This document shows, piece by piece, positions 13,901-28,600 of a DNA stretch of 64,000 nt (within the stretch, counting starts at the first letter, position 1; each line of letters begins with the position of its first letter). A program made the translations under genes and the position numbers. Under the pieces are notes generated by a model, which saw only the letters and a program-made list of their open reading frames with translations, did not search any database and was not told where the DNA came from. Source of the stretch: Geosiphon pyriformis uo1 (lineage: Eukaryota > Fungi > Glomeromycota); assembly GCA_016748015.1 (NCBI GenBank), contig JAAOMT010000176.1, positions 296,434-360,433 of the forward strand. The letters run 5' to 3'.

Positions 13901-14542
13901 CTTTTTTATAAAAAATTTTGACTTTAAACTTCTTATTAATATAAAAATAAAAAAAATACTTTATAAAAAAATATTTTCTGTTTAAACTTAAAATAAATTA
14001 TTATCAAAATTAACTAATTAATTTTAAAATATTAATTAAATTGTAAATTTTAAAGTAATTAATAAAAAAAGTTTATTTTATTAATTAATAACTTAATATA
14101 TTTTTTTAAAAAAAAGCTTTTTTTTATATATTTTGTTATAATATTAATTTAAATTTTAACACTTTTTTGTTGTTAATTTTTTATAAACTTTTTTAAGATT
14201 TAAATATATATTTTAACAAATTATTAAATATTTAACAAATTTTTAAATATTTAACAAATTCTTAAATATTATATAGTTTAAAATATTATATAATTTAATA
14301 AACTTAAAATAATATTATATATTAAGTAATAATAAAAATTATAAAGATAATATTATATTAATTAACAATTTAAAATTTGTTTAATAACATAATTTTTTTA
14401 ACCTAATTTTTATTAAAATTTAAATATTGTCTATAATTTTCAAATAATTATTAAAGTAATTTGATTTAAAAATTATTAAAATTTCAGTTTTATAAATTTT
14501 TTAAATATATTAAATTTTAATGATTATAATATTAAATTTTGT

Positions 14543-15448
14543 TATGTGCATTAGAAAGTTGGTTCTGGTTCTGGTTTTCTGGTGGGTAGTTTGCTTTCAG
14601 ATGTTAATTGGCTCAGTTCTTTTTAGGTATAACACTCTGATTTACATATGGCTGTAGGTTTTACCAGCAGGCATACTGCTGATACTCATACCTACTTTAT
14701 AAAGGCTTTGTATTATCAGCTTTCCATAGCTGTTTGAAAACGCCTTTATGATAAGTGTTATCCCAGTGTTCTGTGCTTGTATTGTGGGAAGATGGAGATG
14801 TCTAATCATGTGTTTTCTTGCATGATCAATATTTCTGCTTGTCACAAGATTTTGGAGTTCTGTGTATTCTCTTGAAGGGAACTTTCTGGTCATTCTCTTC
14901 CTCTTTTGAGTGTTTTGCAACTGTTGTCAATCTGTGCTTCAGATTTTTTAATGTCTTCAGCTCTTTTCAAAGGTTTTGTTTTCAATAGGTGGTTCTCAAA
15001 GGCTGTTTCTGTCTTCCATGATCCCAAAGTAGCTAGGATTAAAGTTGCTGAGTTTATGTACTCTCTTTGTTTCGCTTTTAGAGATGACATTTGGATGGTT
15101 CATGCTAAGCATTACACCTTTATGGAAAAACATAGACTGATTCCAATAGATAGTTCTGCTCTTGTCTCAGTTTCTGGCTCAGCTTTGAAGTTTTCGGCTG
15201 GTGTAGTTAAATTGCTTGGAATTTCTAAGGCTTTTGGTGTTCATTTTGGCTTTTGCAAACCTTGTTTGTTTTTTTTAGATGTTGGTACCTTGGTTTCGGT
15301 TAAAATAACTGCATAGTGTTGTTCTGACTGGTTTGAATGACTGGTTACATGTAGTAAATATATGATTCATACTTAGTTTAGATCATTTTTTTGATGTATA
15401 GTTCTAAGTAGTGTTTGAACTTCGCTTATTAAGTATTAATAAAAAAAA
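14543..15448 (+). mobile_element. 5'-truncated LINE with poly(A) tail and TSD
   Basis: CLYCGKMEMSNHVFSC knuckle, ORF 14906-15316, conserved 3' UTR, A tail. TSD AAATTTTGT at 14534-14542 and 15449-15457. Confidence 0.88.
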
Positions 15449-15877
15449 AAATTTTGTAAATTATTTTTACAAGTATTAAATAAATTGTAAAATTTAAAAA
15501 CTGTTTTAATTTTATAATAAGTATTTATTAATTAAACTGTTTTTTAAATTTATTTTAAATTTGTTTTTGTGTAATTTTTATAGTAAAATTTATTAAAAAG
15601 TTTTTTTTAATAATTTTACATATTTTTAAATGTTTTTTTATATATAAAACCAAAAATAATATTTTAATATTTTTTTGATTATATAATTAAAAAAAATCAA
15701 GTTTTTTTTTCAAAGTAATATTTTTAAAATTTAACTTTAATTTTGTTTTTTATAATTATTAAAAAACTTTTTACAAGTAAATTAAATAAGTTTTAAAAGT
15801 TAAAAAGTACATATTAATATTATTTACAATTATTAATTTTTATAAAAGTTTAATATATAAAAAGTTTTATTATAAAT

Positions 15878-18720
15878 TTTTTTATTTTATTTAATGAGTA
15901 TAATTCAACCACTATCTAAATACATAAAATCAAATAAGATCCTAAATTAAGTATGGCTCATGTTTTTTTTATACATGACCAGTCATTTAAACCAATCAAG
16001 ACAATACTATACACCTAAACTAACTACTACAAAAAAATCATACAAAAAACCAAAATACATACTCACTAAACCAGGATGCAAACCAAAACAAATATAAATG
16101 TCCAATTTGATATCAAACTTATAAATTATCTTATAAGATTACAAGAATATTAAACCAGAATAACTAGAATTATGAATCCATTTTTTGGCAAAAAATCTTG
16201 TTTTTTATAATATATTCTCAATTTGGCAGTAGACACTCAAATTGTAGATTTGTAATCTTTGATAAAACTCTGGACCAAATTAACAACTATCAAACTTTTA
16301 TTAGACCCAAAAACCAACAAACTTATTGTGTTAGTCATTCACTTTTTTATTATAAAATCTTTGGCCAAAGCCATATACAGACAACCAGAAAATCCAGTTT
16401 TATATAAAAACTAAATTGTAGTGCAGCCAACATTACTGATGCTTAGCAAGTTATTCCAAGTCTTAACCATATTAGAAATTAATTTCTTTCTGATATTAGT
16501 GTCTCGTATATACAAAAACATGTAATCAAAATTCTCAATCAAACCATACTGGATACACAACACACTAGGATAGTTCAAGTTGTATAGTCTCTTCCTTTTG
16601 GCCATAGACAACCAATAATATAAGACCTTCATAAAATAAAACTTTGGTGTTGTAAAGGCAGAGTTCAAGAAACCAAAGTGAATTCTATCATCAAAATACC
16701 AAATACAAAAGATCTAACACATATCCAACAATTTACTAAGATTCACATTTACAATACCATCTGCATATTTGGATTTCCAGTCAACAAAACTAATAGCCTC
16801 AAACAAATACCTTATAAAGCAATAAGCATTTTTAAAAACAGTTCTGTTTTTGACAGCAAAAAAGTAATATAGCATTTCAACAGACAATACAAACTTAAAT
16901 TCAGTAATAATACCAGCAAAAAAGTCAGTACATTCATTATCAATAACTCCAGAATATCCCTTGATTTTTTTTCAATGAATTGACAAATTTTTAGAAGCAA
17001 CAGTAGAACAAATGTGTTCTTTTTTAATCCAGCATTTTTTATGAAAGTTGGAAATAACACAATTATTGACTGAAGCACACATATTCAAAAATGTCTGGCT
17101 ATTTGAAACCAAAATTATTGAGCTTGAAATTAAAATGCAATTCAAAGCAAAAACAATAGCCTGCAGTTCCATTAGAATTGAAAAAAGCAAACTATAGACT
17201 CTAACCTTAATATTTAAATTAACATTTAAGAAATAAACAATAGCACTACTACAGGTATTTATAAATCCCAAATTCTTAATTGATTCATTTATGTAAACAC
17301 TTATTTCACTAAACTCATTTTCAATAAGATGCTTATTAATAAATTTCAAACTGCATAAGTATTCATTAGAAGTAAAATGATGAGCCAAAGCACTATTACC
17401 AGCCAAATTACCACCTTTAATAAATAAGACCAATAAATTGAACCAATCAGGAACACTGCTTTTAGGATTCAGTTTCTTCTATCTGCAAAATGTGCTCTAT
17501 GTAAAGCACATATTACAATGGTCCAAAAGTTGATTTACAAAAACAATGCCAAATTTCTTTAATAAATCTATTATATCTAAGTATTAATCTACACCCAAAA
17601 TATCAGCAACAAAAATACCACTACCAGCTCAAAAAACATTAGGTATATTATTGACTAAAAATGATTCACATAATGCCAATGTGTTGATTATACTGGCCAA
17701 AAAGCAATTGATAAGATTAATTAACAACTTGATTGAAAAGCTTAAAGACTGCTGAACATTTAGCTAACAGTCTATAAATCCATGGCTCTGTATTTGAACA
17801 AATTGCTGAAAATGCCCTCTAAATTAGTGAAATTAACCAAACTAGCTAGCAAATATTCAGTTTGCATCTGCTCAAAAAATTTGAAACCATACAACTTAAA
17901 ATAAAAAATAGCTTCATTAGGAAAATTTTTAGGTAAGTTGGCCTTAAGCTTCAGTTCTTTTTTAAGCAATCTGTTTTATTTTTCATATACACTTGCTGAA
18001 ATATAACTAAACTATATTCTATAATTGATAATAGATTGAAATATTGCAAACACCAAATACAAAAATTGCTTGTCTAATATAGTCTTCTTTAAAACTAGAT
18101 TCATAAAAAACTTAATGTCTGAATAAGCTTTGACAATACTGGATTTAAAAAGGCCATTTATAAACAAAAAAATGTTTAAATATTTGTAAGATTTATTCTT
18201 TTTTGCTATTGAAATACTGGATCCACTAATTAACAGCTAAAAATTCTCCACTCTTTGATTGATGAGTATAACAACTATTTTGTCCATGTTAATCAAAATG
18301 TCATTGATTTGAAAAAATTTGCTTGCTATATTCAAAATATTTTGAGTAGTAAACATGCTATTCTTAATTCAAATTGTGTCATCCATAAAAGCCCCAGCAG
18401 CCAAAAAAAATGTCTTGCCATTTCTGAAATCTTGCTTGCCAAACTTTGTAAAAAATTTTGAATCCAATCTGTATTTATATAATTCATTATGTTTCTTAAC
18501 TTTGCAGAGTAAAAAAGCATAAAAAATTCTTCACAATAATGGTAAAAATATTTTTTTCTGATCTAAATCATTGTGAACAGCATAACTATCTGTAAGCCCA
18601 AAATTTGTTATTACCTAATTAATTCAATTATTGTGTATTCTTTCAAAAAACTCAATAAAATGAGAACACATTTTGATCTTGGTTAGATTATTCTACAAGT
18701 AAAATTACTTAATAGAATTA
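15878..18720 (-). mobile_element. Degenerate LINE fragment (RT C-half, RNase H, Zn knuckle, 3' UTR)
   Basis: ORF remnants 16972-17433 (RNase H: SVYINES, MELQAI), 17772-17969 and 16411-16668; 3' UTR reverse complement at 15890-16015. Confidence 0.85.
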
Positions 18721-19696
18721 TAAATAAATATTATATAATTAAAAAAAAAATATTAAAAAATTTTTGATATTAAAAAACATTTTATATGTATATTTGTTTT
18801 ATAATAAAATTATATATAAAATATATATTAAAAAAAAGTAAAAAATATAAATAAAAATATATATAATTTTTAATTTAATAAATTAAAAACAAATAAAAAA
18901 CAGTTTATATAAGATTAAAATAAATAAACAATTATTAAATATATATAATTATGTTTATTATCATAGAAACAAAATTATTTTAATCTAATAATTAAATATT
19001 ATATTTTAAATAAACTTGATTAAAACAAGTTTTTTTTATTATAATGTATTTTTTATAAATTATTATTATACAAAGTAAAATATAATAAAAATTTATATAA
19101 ATATTAATTAAATATAAAAAAATTAGTAAAAAAGACAAATTAATACCAAAAATTATATATTTTTATATTTTTTAACAAAAATTTTTACAACAAAATAATA
19201 TAAATAGAATATAATTTTATTATTATTCAATATATATTAAATATAGCAAACCAGTTTTTTTAATAAATAATATTTTAATTAATAATAACAAAACAATAGT
19301 AATAAATTATAGAATAAAAAATATTAATTTAAAAATTAATAATTAAAATATTAATAAAAAAACTTAATTATTTAGAAATTATATTATAAATAAAAAACTT
19401 TAATAATTTAAATTTAAAAAAAACTATAAAAAATATAAATTTTTTTATAATATAATAATTAAAAAAATAATTATAAAAAACAATTTATGTATTTAATAAA
19501 TACAATACTTCTTTTAATTATTATTTAACAAATACAAAAAAGCATAATAAATAAAAAAAATATGTGTTAATAAAATATTATAATAATAAAAAAATTAAGA
19601 AAAAATCAATTTATTAAAAATATTTTAAATAAAAATATTATTTAATATTTTATAAAATTAAGTTATTTGTTTAAATTTAATTAATAATAATAATAC

Positions 19697-20826
19697 AATC
19701 TAGTCTGGAATAAGGATCTTACTGTGTATTAGATTAAAGTCAAGAGTCATTCTGGAGTGGCCAGTAATATGAAAACTGATATTTTGGCTAGTAAAGCAAC
19801 AGGCTCTCCTGTTTTTCTGCCCATGGGCATGCAGGAACAATTTTTGATAGCTAAAGGCTTAGCTGTATTTAACAATACTCATCATTTTGTTCAGAATGTG
19901 TTTAGGTCTGTTTGTAAAGCTCATTGGGAAGCGAGTTCTGGTTACAATGCAATTTCAAGAGTGTTAGTTGGTAATGTGAATTGGGTTATCACCTCAAGAG
20001 TGTGGCACCCCAATTCACACATGCTTACAAAGTTTACTAGTCGGAAGTCAGCCACTTTGTACATGTATATAATGAAAGCTGTGCATCATAGACTGCCTGT
20101 TGCTGTCTGTAAGAGGCTTTATAATAAGAAGTATTCTGGTGTACTTTGTTTATTGTGCAGTGAAGTGGAATTGCCAGATCATGTTTTTACTTGTGCTTGA
20201 AATATTGATATTTGAAGGAAAATTTTGTCCAAAGCTTCTGCTTTCTGGACTTCTTTGGTTGGTGTTTATGGCTTGTCTTTATCTGCTGTTTTTTGGGTGC
20301 TTGATTTTTGTCATTTAGATATTGGCTTGTATTTGGTAATATGCAAAGATTTTGTGTTAAAGAATTGGTGTAAGGAAGCTATTAAGATTTTTGATAGGAA
20401 AGAAAGAGCTGTTAGCTTTGTCATTAATTTGATTGAGAGGTTGGTCAAGCTGCATTATTTTAAAGTATGGTTGATAAGATTTGAGTTTAGAGTGCATATG
20501 AAGAAGACTGGTTTGGTTGGTAATGGTGGTGTGTTGTTAGATTTTTCATATTGTGCAAATTCTGTGTTGTCGGATAGTGTGGTCAGGTTTCTTGGTATGC
20601 TAGATTTTTTTACTGTTAGCTTTGGTTATTGCAGGCCTTGTCTTTTCTTTTTTGGTTTGAATGGTAATCTTTATGTTAATATAGGTGTGTAGTATTGTTT
20701 TGTCTGGCCTGAATGGCTAGCTATATGTAGAAAATGCGTGAATTGCATTTAGTTTAAGCCACTTAGTTTGGTTTTATGTACTAGATAGTGGTTGGACTTT
20801 ACTTGTTAAATGCATTAATAAAAAAA
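19697..20826 (+). mobile_element. 5'-truncated LINE (RNase H end, Zn knuckle, 3' UTR, A tail)
   Basis: KVKSHSGVASN, CLLCSEVELPDHVFTC, ORF 20225-20692, conserved 3' UTR. Confidence 0.88.
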
Positions 20827-21370
20827 TAATAATAATAAATTTATTAATATTAGTAATTTGTTTAAAAAATTGTTTTATAAATTTGTATATTATAAAATAA
20901 AGACTAAATAATTTGTTTTAAAACTAATTAGTATTAAAACTAATATTAAAAATTGTTATTTGATTAATATAATAAATTTATAAAAAATATTAATAGTAAA
21001 CTTTTTGTTATAATTTAAAAATATTTGTGTTAAATGTTTTAAGTATATTAAAACACACCAAAAATATTAAAATATAGAAAAAATTAAATATAAATTAAAA
21101 ACAAAATAATAATAAATTAAAAATATTTATTAATAAAATTTGAATTAATTTTCATTATTAGTAAAATTTTAATGTGTTTTTAATGTTAATTTTAAAATTA
21201 ATATTAAGATATATAATTTAATATTATTAATTTTAATTAAAATCACAGTTATTATATTAATAAAATATGTTTTTAAAAAAAAAAATTTACATAAATAATA
21301 TATACATATATAATTTAAAATTACCAAATAATAAACCAAATTATTAAAATTACAAGTTACTTATTAATAT

Positions 21371-22407
21371 TTTAATAAGTAAGATCCAAATATTACTTAA
21401 TACAATATATCAAATTAAGTAATCTAAACTAGATACAAATCATGTATTTTCTACATATGACCAGCCATTTGAACTGATCAAAACAATATTATAGAACTAT
21501 ATTAACAGACATTTCATTATTAATACCAAAAAAAAAACTGCAAAGTTTGTAAAAACCAAAACTAATACTATATGTCTCAACAATACCAAGTAACTTAACA
21601 ACTCCATTAGAAAACAATAAAAAAAACCCACAGGTTTCTGAATGTACTGAACCATCACATGTAATCAAACTTTTTGATTCTATAAATACTCTGTACTTAG
21701 TCTTAACTATTCACATTTTTTTATAATAAGTTTTATCTAAATTTTTTAGCAATTCAATAATTTTTTTGCCAATAACTTTAGCATAGACAAAAATAAATAA
21801 AGCCTCCAAAAATTAATCTCTAAAAACAAAACTCTTGTACAAAGCTATATATACCTCAAAGTCAAAGGCATAAGTAAAAAGCATTTGCATAATATGAGAT
21901 AATGACAGACATGTCTCTGACATAGAAGTTTACAAAACCATATATGAATCAAGCAATGTTTTATGAACAGCAGAGTTTATTATATATGTGAACAAATAGT
22001 TGGGAAGTTCAATCTTCTTACAATAAAGACACAATATATCAGGATAAATTCTATCATACAAATATTTTTTTATAGTGATTGGCAAATAACAATACAAAGC
22101 TTTTATAAAATATAAGTGTAAATCAGCAATAAGTTTATTTATAAAATCAGATGTTATATGTAAATTAGAGTGCCAAATTAATGAAATTCAATCTCAATTC
22201 ATATTACTAATCATATTAGTATTAATTATATTAAACTCAGGCCCAACCTTCTAATAAGCTTAATAAACAGTTCTAAAAACATCACAAGTAAAATAACAAA
22301 CATTTTCTAATACTACTATTCTATTAGCCTTAATATAACTTTTCTTGACAAGAACAAAAATTGCAAAATTTGAATGCAAAACCAAGTAAGCCAGCTTATC
22401 AATACAC
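21371..22407 (-). mobile_element. 5'-truncated LINE
   Basis: Reverse-complement homology to the 19697-20826 copy. Direct repeat TACTTATTAATAT at 21358-21370 and 22408-22420 is a likely TSD. Confidence 0.8.
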
Positions 22408-22619
22408 TACTTATTAATATAAAAAATAAAAAATATATAATAATAAATATCTTTTGTTTAGATTTAAAATTAACTATTAATTATTTTAATAAATTTTTAA
22501 ATATTTTGGTAAATTTTTAAATATTATATAATTTAAGATATTATATAATCTAATTATTATATTTAATTATACTTATATATTATATATTATACAAATTAAA
22601 ATATTATTTTTTTACTAAA

Positions 22620-25600
22620 CTAATTAGCAAAAAAAAAAAATATTATAAAACTTTTTTCTTTTTTTTATTTCAAATTTTTAAAAAAAGTTTTTTATGTTTT
22701 TATATTTATTATTTCTTAAGAAACAAACTCTTTTATTATTAAACTAGTTGTTATTATAAGTAATTTTACTACTAAGAAAAAATCAACCAGAGTTTTAACT
22801 TTAAGTTTAATTAATAATAGTTTGATTTAATGACAGAAAGTACTTCTAAACAATATTAAATATTTTAATAATAAGACTAATATAAAATTTAGAAAAACTG
22901 AACAAATTATTAGGCAATTTACTAAATTAAATATGAATAAAAAGATGCTGATAGGTTTTTTTGTAAATGTTAAAACTGGTTATAATACTTATAGTAAAGA
23001 TAAAAGCTATTTTGACTTAAAAATAAATACTCTAAAAACTAAAAGAATTAATACTAATGAAACAATTAAAACTTTTATTAATGTTTTTGAATACAGTTTA
23101 GATAACAATAAAATTTTATTTTTTTCTTACTTCTTATTGTTATTAAAAAAAAATTAATTAACCCAAAAATTGTTAAAATTTAAGTTAAAATAACAGTTAA
23201 AAATTTTTTTGTATTGAATATTAATCTTTTAACACTTGAAAGCAAATTGACAATTGCAAAAACTTAAACAATTAGGAATTTTTTTTTATTAATTAATGAT
23301 TTTAAAAAGATCACCATTTTTTTAAATTTTGAAAAAATAATTAAATTTATATTTATATTAAAAAAAAGCATAAAAAAAGCTATATTATTGATTAAAAAAA
23401 AATATTATAATGAATAGTGATTTTAAGAAACAAAAATTTTGTTCAAATTAGTGTTATTAGAAAATTTTTACACTTTTCAATGCAAAAATTACAATATATA
23501 CAATGAAAATTAACATCAAAATTATGTAAAAAAGGCCTATATTATTATATTTAATCAACAAAATCAGTTAACAATCCAAAAATAAATAATCAACAATTAG
23601 TTTAATTACAACAAAAAGATATGGCACAATCCAATAGTTTAATTAAATTGAATACAAAAAAAATTTGACAAACTAAGAAACATCAATAAAAATAAACAAT
23701 TAATACATATAATTTAATAACAATAGATTTTGTTTATGCTTCAAAATTCTTATATGCCCTTATTAAAACAATTTAACATTCCAGATCTATGATCAATGAT
23801 TAAAAATAATTATCAAAAAATATAATTAATTGATTTATTTTTGATTATGTTGATTATAATTACAATTAATGTTTTAGATCCAGTTATCTAAATCTGATCA
23901 TCTAAAATCATTAGCTTTTGAAAAAATAATATGCTAAATAAGCTTATTTTGAATTAATTAAATTAAAATATATAAATAATTAATGTATTTTAAATAGTTT
24001 TAATAGAATATGTAAATTTAATATAATTTAACTATATATAGTCTTTTTGTCAGCTTAAGAAAGTATTAATTAAATACTAAATCAACTTTTTGTTATAGTT
24101 TTATAGTAAGCAATTAGTTTTTTTTCTATATCTTATTCTTTTTTTTCTTTTTCTATGCTTTAAATACTTGTTATCACAATTTTAAGTATGTCTTTTTATA
24201 TTCCTTATTACTATTTGAAATTATATTGTTTATAATCTTTTACTTATTTGTTAACATTATTTTAAGTTTTTTTATTATTTTTGGTTTTTAAATTATGTGT
24301 TATTACTATTTTATATTAAGTCTTGTTTCACTAAACAAGTTATTAAATATTAAAATAAGTAATAAAATATTATATTATTAGAAAGTAATCTCAACAATAA
24401 AAAGTTTAATCAAAATCTATTTTAGCTATGTTTTACTTTTATAATTTCTTTATTATTTTTATAACTTCATTTTCAAAGCTGAATATTGAATACCACATTC
24501 TTTCAATGACTAATTAACAGAATTATGGTTATGTATTTATTAAAGTAGTTTGATTTTTCTTGTTGCTAGTTGTGTTTTTAATATGTACAAAGAGATATGA
24601 CTTTTTTTTCCTCTTTAAAATACATTAAGCTGGTTTTTGTTCAAAAACAAATAATAATGACAATATTTTTTTTTACTTTTAATAACTTTATTATACATTT
24701 TTTTTCACTTTTTCAATTACTAAAATAGTCTATACATTTATAATATGCTATAATTAATAATTATAATCATAGTAATAAGTGTTATAAGTAGAAACTATTG
24801 CTATTATTAAGAAGTGATTAAATTTGTAGTTTTTACTTGGTAACATCAAGCTGTAATTATTAAAGAAATTTTCATAAATACACTGAAAAAAATAATTATT
24901 ACAGCTCTTTTTGAGTTTGGCCAAGTAATGTTAATTTAATTGTAACTTATTGGACTATAACAAAAAACTGTAATAGAATTTGCTATATTAAGTCAAGTTA
25001 ATCTGTTAACATTAAAATAGTTATTTTTAATTGGAAAAAATTCAAAACATGTAGCCAAAGCTGTAAAAAATTATAATATTTAAATGTTAAGAAATTAATT
25101 TAAGATATTTCTGTTTATTTTGTCTATAAAAATAATTACTTATAATTTAAATGGTTTGTTAAAAGAGGCTGGTAAGAAAACATGAATAATTAATCAATTA
25201 TTTAAAACTGGCAATAGAATTTATTGTATTATAGTTGGTTTTGGATCAGAAAAAAATTTAGAATTTGTCTTTTACACAAAACTAATTTTTGGTAATATGA
25301 AATTTTTTTGGGTTAGACTAGATTTGATTTATTGTAAAAAATATGAATATTTTGAATATTTTGCTTTAGAATATAATATATTAAGTATATCTACTCTTTT
25401 GTTTTTGAAAATATATAAAAAGTTTGTTTTAAACATAAATTACTTTTAGTTGGCCAAATTATATATTAAAAAAAATGTTTTTATCTTATATTCTGCTGTC
25501 TTTAATGACAAATCATAAGTCCAAGTGGTTTTGCTGGTCTTTGTTTCTAATAATATTTACTCTGGTTTTGGTTCTGAATTATTTTTTTTTGGTGCTCTAT

Positions 25601-28600
25601 ATTTTAATAAGGTTTTTTTTGCTTTATAAATTTATTTGTTTATTAATGTTCATCTGGTTTTTTTAAATATTTCTTGAAACTTTTGGCTAATCAAGTATTT
25701 ATTATTATACAAAAACTGAATAATACAAATTTAGTGCTCTTAGTTACTGCTTTTTAATTTTTTTTTAACTGTTTTTATGCTTTTAAATTCAAGTTTAAAT
25801 TCAAATATGGTTTTAAATAACTTGTAAATATTATCTTTTTTTTTTCTAATTGCAATGTCTAAAACTTCAAATTTAGATATAAATAGCTCTAAGATTTTAA
25901 CCACCAAGATAGATAGTTTGAAACTGAAAATAGTTGCTTTTGACATTTTTGTTAATTTAGTTTTAACAAAATTAAATCAATTGTGCTTTGGCTTGAATTT
26001 TTTGGTACATTTTTTATTTTGATAACTAATTATGTTTGAAAGTTTGTAATATACAATATTAAAAAAATAAACAATTTGGTTAAATAAGAAAATATTATTA
26101 GATAGCATAAAAATTCTAGCAATTTGGTTTTTATATTTACTAAGACAAAATTAAAAAGCAAATTAAGTCTTAGATTAAGAACAAATTTTCAGAAGTAAAA
26201 GTTTTTATTTCTGGTTTGAATACTGGTTATCTGAATTTAAAAGTAATAATAATTATAGATAATATTCTTGTTTAATATATATATAAAGTTTCTAAAATTT
26301 TTAGTTGTCTTTTTTCAATTTGTTCGCTGTTTGTCAATAAATTTTTAATAATGATTTTAAGTTTGTATGCTGATGTTTTAGCTAGTGTATAATTTAATTA
26401 GGTTTATAAAGTAAATTTATGTAGTTAATTCAAGTTCTTATATAATATTAAGCAGTAATTTTAATAAAAATGAAATGAAACAGAATATAAACTTCAAAAA
26501 ATGTTTTAATCTGAATTTATATAATTTTTTTTCAAGTAATTTTGTTGTTAAGCTCTTAATTTAAAACAATTTAAAAGGTATAAAAAAAACTATTGATTAT
26601 ATTTTTATTAATAAGTATTTTTTAACAGCTGTAATTAATTAAAAAGTTAATAATATTTTTGATTTTTTTAATACTGATTACATGATTATTATAGTTTTTT
26701 TTAACTTAAATAGGCTTTTAGATAAACATCTAAATATAATTTATAAGTATGCTAATAAAGATTAATAAAAGTTTATAATTAAGAATATAGATAGTGCCAA
26801 GTAGACATGCTTTAAAAAAATCTTTTTTGCTGAGCTATTAATAGTAATAAATAAGTTTATAAACACAAAAGTTCTTAATAATTTAGATATTATGTAAAAG
26901 ATATTAAAAAAAATAATAATGAACTTGGTTGATATAGTTTTTTTTAGGTATTGATTTAACAAGTTTAAGTATTTAAAAAACAAATAATCTTTAAAGTTTT
27001 ATGAATTAGAATTGTTAATTGGCAAAATAATAAAGAAATTAGATTTGAATAACAGGTCTAAATATAATTGTCTTATTAAAAAATAGTCTATTATTAATAA
27101 TAAAAAGGCTTTCAAAGTTAGTAATATGTTTTAAAATAATATAAAATCAATAAATATTATTAGATATTTGTTAATAATTAAAAAAAAGTATAGAAAATCC
27201 AAATATTATGAATTAAAAGCAATTAAAAATACAGCTGTTAAAAAAATAATTAAAAAATGAATAAAAAGTTTTAGTTTTAATAAAAAAAACATAATAAAAA
27301 GTATTTTGGAATGGCTTTTTTATAAGATAATTTTAGATTATTTAATAATTAAAAAAAAATTAATTTTAGAGCCAAATAAAATAAAACTTAGAGTTAATAA
27401 ATCATAATAAGTTGGACAAGAAAATAAAAGATGTTTGTAGTACTGTCTAATTTATGATCTTACTAGTATGTACTATTAAGCTATATAAAATAATATGCTT
27501 TTTTTAATGTAATAAGTAAAATTAAAATGAATAAATTAGTTGTAATAATTGATGGTTTGTCTAATGATAAAGCTGCCAATCTATTTGGTATATTAAATAA
27601 ACTTTAGAAATATTATAATAATATAATAATAGGATGCTTCTTATATTTATTAAATTTTTGTTTAACTTTTAATAATATTCCAATTCTTTAGAAAAAGCAT
27701 AAATTTCAATAATTTCAAGCCTTAAAATTAAGATAGTATCCTTACAATTAGAATAGTATCTTTATAAATATATAATCTATTGTATTTATTAGAATAATTA
27801 AAAAAATTTTGTTAAAGATTTTTTTGGATTATATTTTTTTTGTTTGTAATAAATTTAATGTTTTTTGAAATGCCAATTTCTTGGTTTTAAAGAGTATTTC
27901 GATTTAATTTTCTGTGTTTGCTGTTGGTTTGATAGTAAAAAATGCTTTGAAAAAAGTCTAAAAGCTTTAATTGATTTTACAGAATATGTATAAAGCATAT
28001 AATTTGGTTGGTTAATAATTATTTGAAAGTTAGTTTAAGATAAATTAAGATATATAATAAGTTTATTAAGTTTTTTAAAAATATATACATAAACAAAATC
28101 AACAGAATAATAACTGATTTTGGCTTTTTAGATAATTATAAAATACAAAATAAACTTGATTAAGATAAAGTATTTTTTTTACTTAGTTAAAAAATTTTTT
28201 TATGATCTATTATTATGTAAGATAAAGAGATATAAACATTTATATAGATATAGAATTAATACTAACTTTGTAGCAAAAATAAATAAAATAAAAATCAATA
28301 AAAAATATTTTTTTTTTTGCAACTAATATTTTTATTAATAATATAATTTGAATAAAAAATAATTAGGCTTTAACACAATATATTTTAAATATTGTTAGTA
28401 AGTATTTTAGAGTCAATAATAACAAGACAGTAGTAATTTCAATCAACTAAAAAGTTGTAAATGCTTTTTTATATATTAATAATCAGCCAATTTTTATTGT
28501 CAAATATAGTAAATTTTATAAGTATTTAAAGTTTTTTTTGTTAACAAAAAGTATCTTTAAGCTAAGTCTTGCCAAGACTTATTTAGATATTAGGTTTTTT

